Sequence record: DRR723986_22525
Strand: one strand, 5' to 3'
Length of the DNA stretch: 64,000 nucleotides
Position 1 is the first letter of the stretch. Each line of letters starts with the position of its first letter. Position numbers and translations under genes: made by a program. Under the pieces are notes generated by a model that was not told the DNA's origin, ran no database searches, and saw only the letters and a program-made list of their open reading frames with translations. Positions 58,025-64,000 of the stretch are shown here, piece by piece.

Positions 58025-59374
58025 ATGGGCGATTATATTATATCCTTTGCTGACTGGATTTGGGGTACACCAATGCTTGTTATTTTAATGGGAGGTGGAC
58101 TTATTCTTCTGGTGCATTCAGGGTTTGTGCCTTTTCGGAAGATTGGACATGCCATAAGTTTGCTGAGAGGAAAATATGATGATAGTTTAATGCCTGGACA
58201 GATATCCTCATTTCAGGCATTATCGTCAGCAATTGCTGCAACGGTAGGATTGGGGAATATCAGTGGTGTTGCTATTGCAATTAATATGGGCGGTCCAGGT
58301 GCAATTTTTTGGATGTGGGTTTCAGCATTTGTAGGTATGGCAACCAAATTTTACACCTGTAGCCTTGCAATCATGTACCGGGGGAAAGATTCCGAAGGGC
58401 AACTCCAAGGTGGTCCCATGTATGTAATTGAAGAGGGGATGGGTAAAAAGTGGAAATTCCTTTCTATTATTTTTTGTACAGCTGGAGTCTTGGGGTTGCT
58501 CGCTATTTTCCAAGCTAATCAATTAACAGCAGTACTTCGAACAGTCATTTTAGAGCCTGCCGGCTTAGATGAAGGGGATAAAACGCGTTGGATCATAGGA
58601 ATTACGATGATGGTATTAGTTGCTATTGTAATTCTAGGAGGTATCAAAAGAATTGCTGGAGTAGCTTCTAAGATGGTGCCTTTTATGGTTGGACTTTATT
58701 TTGTCACAGTGATCATTATTGTATTCAAATACATTGGTGATGTGCCTGAAATGTTGTTGAAAATTGTTACTGATGCATTTACTGGAGAAGCGATTGCCGG
58801 AGGTGCAGTTGGAGCTGTAATTATTATTGGAGCCCGTAGGGCAGCTTTTTCTAATGAAGCCGGTATAGGAACAGCTCCTATGGTTCATGGTGCTTCCAAA
58901 AATAACGAGCCTATTCGAGAAGGTTTGATTGCCATGCTCGGGCCATTTATTGACACAATTGTAGTATGTACACTTACTGCTTTGGTGATTATGCTGACAG
59001 GAGTTTGGGAATCAACAGAGAAAGATGGGGTGCGTTTAACATTGGCAGCATTTGACTTGGCACTTCCTTATTATGGTAGATACCTCCTCATGATTGCAGT
59101 GTTAGTTTTTGCTTTATCTACCATGTTTACCTATTCTTATTATGGTCACAAATGCTTTGGTTATCTATTTGGAGCAAAAAGAGCAGATTATTACAATTAC
59201 TTCTATTTGATTACTATAGTGGCTGGTGCAGTAGCATCGCTCGATGTGGTAATCAGTTTGGTAGATGGTATGTATGCAATTATGGCCGTACCAACGATGA
59301 TTTCGACAATTTACCTTGCTCCCAAAGTAAGGATTGCAATGAAGGATTATTTTCTCAGAATGAAAAAAGCGTAA
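58025..59374 (+). CDS. Alanine/glycine:cation symporter (AGCS)
   Basis: VG.GNI.GVA, GGPGAIFWMW, GGPMY, FSNEAG.G, FIDT..VC. Confidence 0.92.
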   Translation: MGDYIISFADWIWGTPMLVILMGGGLILLVHSGFVPFRKIGHAISLLRGKYDDSLMPGQISSFQALSSAIAATVGLGNISGVAIAINMGGPGAIFWMWVSAFVGMATKFYTCSLAIMYRGKDSEGQLQGGPMYVIEEGMGKKWKFLSIIFCTAGVLGLLAIFQANQLTAVLRTVILEPAGLDEGDKTRWIIGITMMVLVAIVILGGIKRIAGVASKMVPFMVGLYFVTVIIIVFKYIGDVPEMLLKIVTDAFTGEAIAGGAVGAVIIIGARRAAFSNEAGIGTAPMVHGASKNNEPIREGLIAMLGPFIDTIVVCTLTALVIMLTGVWESTEKDGVRLTLAAFDLALPYYGRYLLMIAVLVFALSTMFTYSYYGHKCFGYLFGAKRADYYNYFYLITIVAGAVASLDVVISLVDGMYAIMAVPTMISTIYLAPKVRIAMKDYFLRMKKA

Positions 59375-59377
59375 TAT

Positions 59378-60481
59378 ATGAATGTCTTAATTTCTCCAAA
59401 TGCATTTAAAGGCACTATGACTGCCCGCGAAGCTGGAGAAGTTATAAGAGAATATATTGAGAGTGAATATCCTAATATCTCGACTACGTTACTTCCTATT
59501 GCAGATGGAGGTGACGGTACTTGCGAACTACTTACAGAAATACTTCAGTTAGAGAAAAAGACGATATGGTCTCTGGATGCTTTTGGTAGAGCGATTCCTT
59601 GTTCGTATGGATGGGATGACTCGTTAAAAAAGGCCTATATAGACGTTTCAATGGCTTCAGGAGTTGCTTCTTTGCAGAGTGAGGAATTGGATCCATATGT
59701 ATCTTCAAGCTATGGTACGGGGCTACTAGTACGTGATGCCATTAATCTTGGAGCTGAAGAGATCATATTAGGTTTGGGAGGTAGCGCCACTATTGATCTT
59801 GGAGTTGGGATATTGTCTGAATTGGGAATTGGATTTTTGGATAAAAATGGGAGAGAATTAACTAAGTATTCACCTCAATTTTTATCTAAAATCAATCATA
59901 TCCAGAAATCCACCAGGATTCCAAAAGTTAAATTCACTTGTCTTTGCGATGTGAAGAATACCTTTTTTGGACAAAGGGGGGCTGTTCCTGTTTTTGGCCC
60001 CCAAAAGGGACTTCTACCTGAGCAAATTGAATCCTATGAATTAATCTGTGAATCCGTAGTTAGCCACCTTTTCACCAAACAAAAAAAAGTTTTTGAAGAT
60101 AAGTCAGGTTTTGGTGCAGCTGGGGGCATTGCCTTAGGGTTATCTGTTTTTTTCGAAACAGAGGTTAAGTTTGGATCAGATTATTTTTTTGAAAAAGTAG
60201 ATTTGGAATCTAAAGTAAATTGGGCAGATAGAATTATTACAGGTGAGGGAAGATATGATGATCAATCTGCTGAAGGAAAAGCATGCTATGAATTAATGAA
60301 ACTAGCCCGTCACAGGAATAAAAAAATAGCTTTGATCACATCCGGGACAGATCCTGGAGCGAAGAAATTCGATTTAGTACTCACATTGCCTGATTTGGAT
60401 TTTTCCCAAATTGATTATAGAAAAAAGTCGAGAGAAAACCTTAGGCATATACTTGACAAGGGATTTACTGTGAACTTTTAA
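59378..60481 (+). CDS. garK: Glycerate kinase (GarK/GlxK type)
   Basis: P..FKG, ADGGDG, GLGGSAT.D.G, FGPQKG, GAAGG, TGEG..D.QS..GK. Confidence 0.88.
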   Translation: MNVLISPNAFKGTMTAREAGEVIREYIESEYPNISTTLLPIADGGDGTCELLTEILQLEKKTIWSLDAFGRAIPCSYGWDDSLKKAYIDVSMASGVASLQSEELDPYVSSSYGTGLLVRDAINLGAEEIILGLGGSATIDLGVGILSELGIGFLDKNGRELTKYSPQFLSKINHIQKSTRIPKVKFTCLCDVKNTFFGQRGAVPVFGPQKGLLPEQIESYELICESVVSHLFTKQKKVFEDKSGFGAAGGIALGLSVFFETEVKFGSDYFFEKVDLESKVNWADRIITGEGRYDDQSAEGKACYELMKLARHRNKKIALITSGTDPGAKKFDLVLTLPDLDFSQIDYRKKSRENLRHILDKGFTVNF

Positions 60482-60491
60482 ATCATTCGGA

Positions 60492-60932
60492 TTACACCCG
60501 ATGATGATCGGCCTGCCAATTACTAACACTTTTCTTAATCTCTTTAGGTGTCGTATTTTCCTGTATAGTTTTATCAATCAATGCTAATAGTTCATCATCT
60601 CCTGCGAATCTCAATGCAATGATTTGGCTAGGAGATAGTTTGTTTTCCTTTTCATAAAATGATTTACCAGTTAATTGGAAGTAGCGTTGTCTCATTTCCA
60701 TTCTAATAATTCGATTCTGGTTTTTAATAGCATAGATTCGTGGGAGGTAGGAAATTAATAAAATGATAAGGCCCAATAAAATAAAATAGAGGCTGTCAGA
60801 TGCAGATTGATGACTATTGAAGTCTATTCTGAATATCGTCCAGCCCAGGAATAAAAGCCCCATGGGCATAATTATAAAGTGATGTAATGGGTAATATTTA
60901 GCGTGATTCTGGAAATTCTGAGTTTTTGACAT
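60492..60932 (-). CDS. Conserved 2-TM protein (DUF6526-like)
   Basis: QNF.NH, Q.RIIR.E.R.RY, ALRFA.D.EL, IK....W.ADHHRV; ATG 60932 (or 60944). Confidence 0.7.
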   Translation of the reverse strand: MSKTQNFQNHAKYYPLHHFIIMPMGLLFLGWTIFRIDFNSHQSASDSLYFILLGLIILLISYLPRIYAIKNQNRIIRMEMRQRYFQLTGKSFYEKENKLSPSQIIALRFAGDDELLALIDKTIQENTTPKEIKKSVSNWQADHHRV

Positions 60933-60944
60933 GATTTTGGGCAT

Positions 60945-60970
60945 AAAAAAAGGAGGTGCGAACCTCCTTT
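60945..60970 (-). terminator. Intrinsic terminator downstream of two microprotein ORFs
   Basis: aaaggaggt-gcga-acctccttt with A7. Confidence 0.7.
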
Positions 60971-60987
60971 AAATAAGTTATAAGATA

Positions 60988-61137
60988 TTAATGATCAGCC
61001 TTTTTCTTCTTAGTGAAGGTGCTTCTAGTATCAATTGCAGTGATTCCGGCTCCAAGACCGATTAATACACATACAATCACTAGGAAAGTTTGAGCCCCTC
61101 CAGCAAGTGGAGAAGTGAATACGTCTAATAGTATCAT
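60988..61137 (-). CDS. Small single-TM protein, 49 aa (below the ORF track cutoff)
   Basis: MILLDVFTSPLAGGAQTFLVIVCVLIGLGAGITAIDTRSTFTKKKKADH; TM helix plus basic tail; terminator directly downstream. Confidence 0.6.
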   Translation of the reverse strand: MILLDVFTSPLAGGAQTFLVIVCVLIGLGAGITAIDTRSTFTKKKKADH

Positions 61138-61198
61138 GATCAATTTTTTGAATTTCTAAAGATGCCCGAAGATAATTTCTTAACTCCAAATAATCAAG

Positions 61199-61378
61199 TT
61201 AATCGAATTGATCATCATCGAAATCTTCATCATCTTCTTCTTCGTCGAAGTCTATGATGGTATCATCGGCAAACTCATTGTCTTCGTCTAGATCATATTC
61301 GTCTTCGAAATCATTACCGAAATCATCATCATCATTGAAGTTGTCATCATCTTCGAAATCGTCGTCAAAATCCTCCAT
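61199..61378 (-). CDS. Extremely acidic 59-aa microprotein (below the ORF track cutoff)
   Basis: MEDFDDDFEDDDNFNDDDDFGNDFEDEYDLDEDNEFADDTIIDFDEEEDDEDFDDDQFD; mixed synonymous GAT/GAC/GAA/GAG codons; A-rich upstream context. Confidence 0.65.
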   Translation of the reverse strand: MEDFDDDFEDDDNFNDDDDFGNDFEDEYDLDEDNEFADDTIIDFDEEEDDEDFDDDQFD

Positions 61379-61641
61379 AGTAGTTTAGATAGGGGTTTTT
61401 AATAGTTGAACGTCACGAATTAAAGTAAAAAATCATTTCGCACCATACAGTTGGGATATTTTTTTTTAAACTTTTTTCAGGCCAGTTCTATTTGCTAGTT
61501 TGCAATTTCACATGATCTTCATTCCAATGAATTCAATAATCTACCGAGCACTAAATGAGGGAACTCTATAATCTGGTTGAAATTATTAGAAGGTCCAATG
61601 CACATTGGCAAAAACAGCAAAAAATATGACCCAATTGAGGG

Positions 61642-61998
61642 TCAGTTGAAAATTGATTTGATGTATTTTTTAATCAATGGTTTTGATAGATAATCTTTAA
61701 CAACGCTATACCTGCTAGCCTTATTAATATCTCTTTCATCTACTGAACTGCTCAAGATGTAGATTTGAGCTTCGTTTTTATCTGAATTGAATAAGTCCAG
61801 GAAATCCCAGCCAGTCATTTCTGGCATATTTAGATCTAAAAAAAGATAATTGGCTTTAATGGAATAGATTTCCTCTAGTGCCACTCGGGCACTCTGATAC
61901 TTATAAAATTGACATGGCTCTTTCACATTTCTTGAAATGAGTTTTTCAGTAACAAATGTACTGATCGGATCGTCATCTATAAGGACTATTGTAAGCAT
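61642..61998 (-). CDS. Single-domain response regulator (receiver only)
   Basis: ATG 61998; LIDDD, FLDLNMP, ILSSS, KPL. Confidence 0.88.
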   Translation of the reverse strand: MLTIVLIDDDPISTFVTEKLISRNVKEPCQFYKYQSARVALEEIYSIKANYLFLDLNMPEMTGWDFLDLFNSDKNEAQIYILSSSVDERDINKASRYSVVKDYLSKPLIKKYIKSIFN

Positions 61999-62215
61999 TA
62001 AGTGCAAAAATTCGTGGCTGAAATACAATATTGCTAGTACAAAATTAGTAGTTAATTGTACTTTTACAAATATTTTGCCAAATAAGAGCCGAAAAGAATT
62101 TATATTTTTGTGTATAAACGCGATGCAATTAGGGCAATCGCACTGCAAATTTATAATAAGCTATACTTACAAAAAAATCAACGCCTAAAATTAATTGGAG
62201 TGATTGATTAGGTCT

Positions 62216-62806
62216 TTACTCCGCGTTTTTTAGTTCGTAAAGAAAATAATCTATAATCTTGTCTGTTGTTTTTAGCACTTTTTTACTTTTCGTTTTTGGG
62301 CTACTCACCTCGGTTACACCAGTCAATGTCATGAGGAGTTTATCTTCTTTCTGGTCGATAAAATCTACAATTACCTGAACTAACTCATAGTTGCTTGTAG
62401 TTTGACTATTGTTTCGATTGTTGAAGTAGGGGTCGTATGGATTATAAATCCATGGTCCCATTACTCTGGAACCCCAGTATGGATAGTAATTATTACTTGA
62501 ATAGGTGTCTCGTTTTCTCTGGTCTTCATTTGAGGTATAACGAATAATTAACTCAGGCTCATTTTTGTCATATACTAGACCTTTGGCTTCCAGTGCATCT
62601 TGGAGATGTATCTGGACTTGTTCATCGATGAATTGAGAAGAAAAACCTCGAATTCCTACTTCCTGGTTTATGATTACGAATGATCTGTAAGGCCTTCGCA
62701 CAGGTACTTCAGTATTTTCCTTGAATATCTCAATAGCATTACATGAGCTAAGAATAGCTAGGGAAATCGTGATAAGAAATATGTTTCTTGAGTGAATTCG
62801 CTTCAT
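62216..62806 (-). CDS. DUF4136-like lipoprotein
   Basis: ATG 62806; lipobox LSSC; L..KG, Tyr/Trp-rich loop, VDFID. Confidence 0.7.
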   Translation of the reverse strand: MKRIHSRNIFLITISLAILSSCNAIEIFKENTEVPVRRPYRSFVIINQEVGIRGFSSQFIDEQVQIHLQDALEAKGLVYDKNEPELIIRYTSNEDQRKRDTYSSNNYYPYWGSRVMGPWIYNPYDPYFNNRNNSQTTSNYELVQVIVDFIDQKEDKLLMTLTGVTEVSSPKTKSKKVLKTTDKIIDYFLYELKNAE

Positions 62807-63101
62807 CGAAAGGGCTTTTTGTTTAAAAACGGGCAAGAGAAAAGAAAGTTAGGTATTACTAATTAACGATTAAAAGGAAGTTGTTATTCAATAGGTATAT
62901 CCGCTTTTCTACCGGTTAGGTGGCACAAACATTAAATTTAAGAATTGTGGCCACTTTGGTCACATTTAAATAGCTTAGCCGAAGTATAGCCCTTCCAATC
63001 TGATAAGCAAAGGTGACTGGCAACATTGCGGATAGTCATATTATTCAATTATGTTTGCAAGCCTTTACGATCTAATGCTAATTTTAGCTAAAGTTTAAGA
63101 C

Positions 63102-63584
63102 ATGAAGAGACCTGATTTTGATGATATTTTTATGGAGCTGGCAGTCAATTTGGCTAAACGTTCTCATTGTATTAAAAAGCATGTAGGAGCAGTGCTCACA
63201 AAAGATACACGTATCATTTCAATAGGGTATAATGGACCGCCTGCAGGTACTCATAATTGCGATGTCGAATTTCCTGAAGGTGGCTGCGCCCGGGATAGTA
63301 AGGGTAGCTGCTCATTAGCGCTTCATGCAGAACAAAATGCAATTTTATATGCAGTGAAAAACAATACCACTGTAGAAGGATCTACGCTTTTTGTCACCTT
63401 GTCACCCTGCCTTGCGTGTTCTAGGATTATTTTTTCTATGGGAATCTCTAGAGTTATTTATTTATTTTCTTATGCAGAATATAAAGGTATAGGTTCAGAT
63501 GAAGGGGTTGATTTCTTGAGGAAATTTGGTGTTCAAGTAGATAAATATCAAAAGACTCTTGAAGTTAATGACCACCTGGTCTAA
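63102..63584 (+). CDS. dCMP deaminase (ComEB-like)
   Basis: RSHC, VGAV, GYNG.P.G..NC, HAEQNA, PC..C. Confidence 0.9.
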   Translation: MKRPDFDDIFMELAVNLAKRSHCIKKHVGAVLTKDTRIISIGYNGPPAGTHNCDVEFPEGGCARDSKGSCSLALHAEQNAILYAVKNNTTVEGSTLFVTLSPCLACSRIIFSMGISRVIYLFSYAEYKGIGSDEGVDFLRKFGVQVDKYQKTLEVNDHLV

Positions 63585-64000
63585 AGAAAATTTACTTCAG
63601 GATGTATGTTAATATTGAACTTTTCGAAAACTGACTTCTGAATCTTTTCTGAAAGGTTTTTGATTTCATTTCCATCTCCTTCACCATAATTTACAAGGAC
63701 TAGTGGTTGTTTACTGTGTACACCAATTTCGCCAAACCGCTTTCCCTTCCACCCGCATTGTTCGATCAGCCAAGCTGCAGGGACTTTAATTCCCTCATCG
63801 TTAAGATAGCCTGGGATGGTAGGGTGCAGGCTTTTAAGGCCCTCATAATGCTCAGTGGAAATAGTAGGGTTCTTGAAGAAAGAACCAGAATTTCCTATTT
63901 CTTTTGGGTCAGGCAGTTTAGATTGACGGATTTGAATTACTGCATCAGAGATTGCTTTAATACTCAGCTCATTAATTCCATTTGCCTCCAAGGTTTCTTG
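63581..64000 (-). CDS. murB: UDP-N-acetylmuramate dehydrogenase, C-terminal part (gene starts beyond the window)
   Basis: R.SKLPDP..GNSGSFFKNP, AAWLIE.CG.KG, LVLVN, EVN. Confidence 0.92.
   Translation of the reverse strand, partial: QETLEANGINELSIKAISDAVIQIRQSKLPDPKEIGNSGSFFKNPTISTEHYEGLKSLHPTIPGYLNDEGIKVPAAWLIEQCGWKGKRFGEIGVHSKQPLVLVNYGEGDGNEIKNLSEKIQKSVFEKFNINIHPEVNFL

Noticed and set aside
957..60577. Numerous 60-165 aa ORFs antisense to or frame-shifted within long genes (e.g. 14612-14980, 24651-25076, 37746-38123, 52361-52855, 53797-54180)
   Set aside because: They are largely or fully nested in well-supported CDS, have no recognisable motifs, and show typical antisense composition.
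62915..62985. SAM-II riboswitch resemblance (GTGG...TTGTGGCCAC...TTAAA)
   Set aside because: The expected loop and pseudoknot nucleotides are missing, and there is no methionine or SAM gene downstream.
25406..63584. Convergent 3' overlaps (25406-25428, 27339-27358, 34923-34926, 63581-63584)
   Set aside because: Short tail-to-tail overlaps are common in compact bacterial genomes, and nothing further supports a regulatory role.

Overview
AT-rich bacterial chromosomal segment of a Bacteroidota member. The TAnnTTTG -7 promoter boxes, absence of Shine-Dalgarno sites and AxA|Q signal peptides are typical of the phylum, and gene content suggests Cytophagales/Cyclobacteriaceae (Algoriphagus-like; inference). 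About 55 CDS, mostly core or housekeeping genes. The left end holds a copper/heavy-metal neighbourhood (DUF305, HYC_CC_PP, secreted CHY zinc finger, HMA chaperone, CopA, HMA-AraC regulator) interrupted by a DUF1080 + beta-propeller/cytochrome c gene pair. This is followed by HxlR/DoxX, a GbsR-TolC-MFP-RND operon with a downstream serine-less ACP-like gene, peptidases (S9, tricorn S41), parE-parC-trmH, pckA, tyrS, desaturases, HDAC, Skp, a DHS-like enzyme, GH20, an AGCS transporter, glycerate kinase, dCMP deaminase and a partial murB. I saw no rRNA, tRNA, CRISPR array, transposase, prophage or recognisable defence island. The most notable unexplained signals are: C-terminal beta-clamp-type motifs on ParC (QLGLF) and on a TetR (QGSLF); an ACP homologue with Lys replacing the phosphopantetheine Ser; a 59-aa microprotein that is 63% Asp/Glu and was missed by the ORF track; a signal-peptide-bearing CHY zinc finger; readable operator arrays; and short 7/8-mer intergenic repeat arrays. 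All family calls come from motif recognition by eye, not from database searches.
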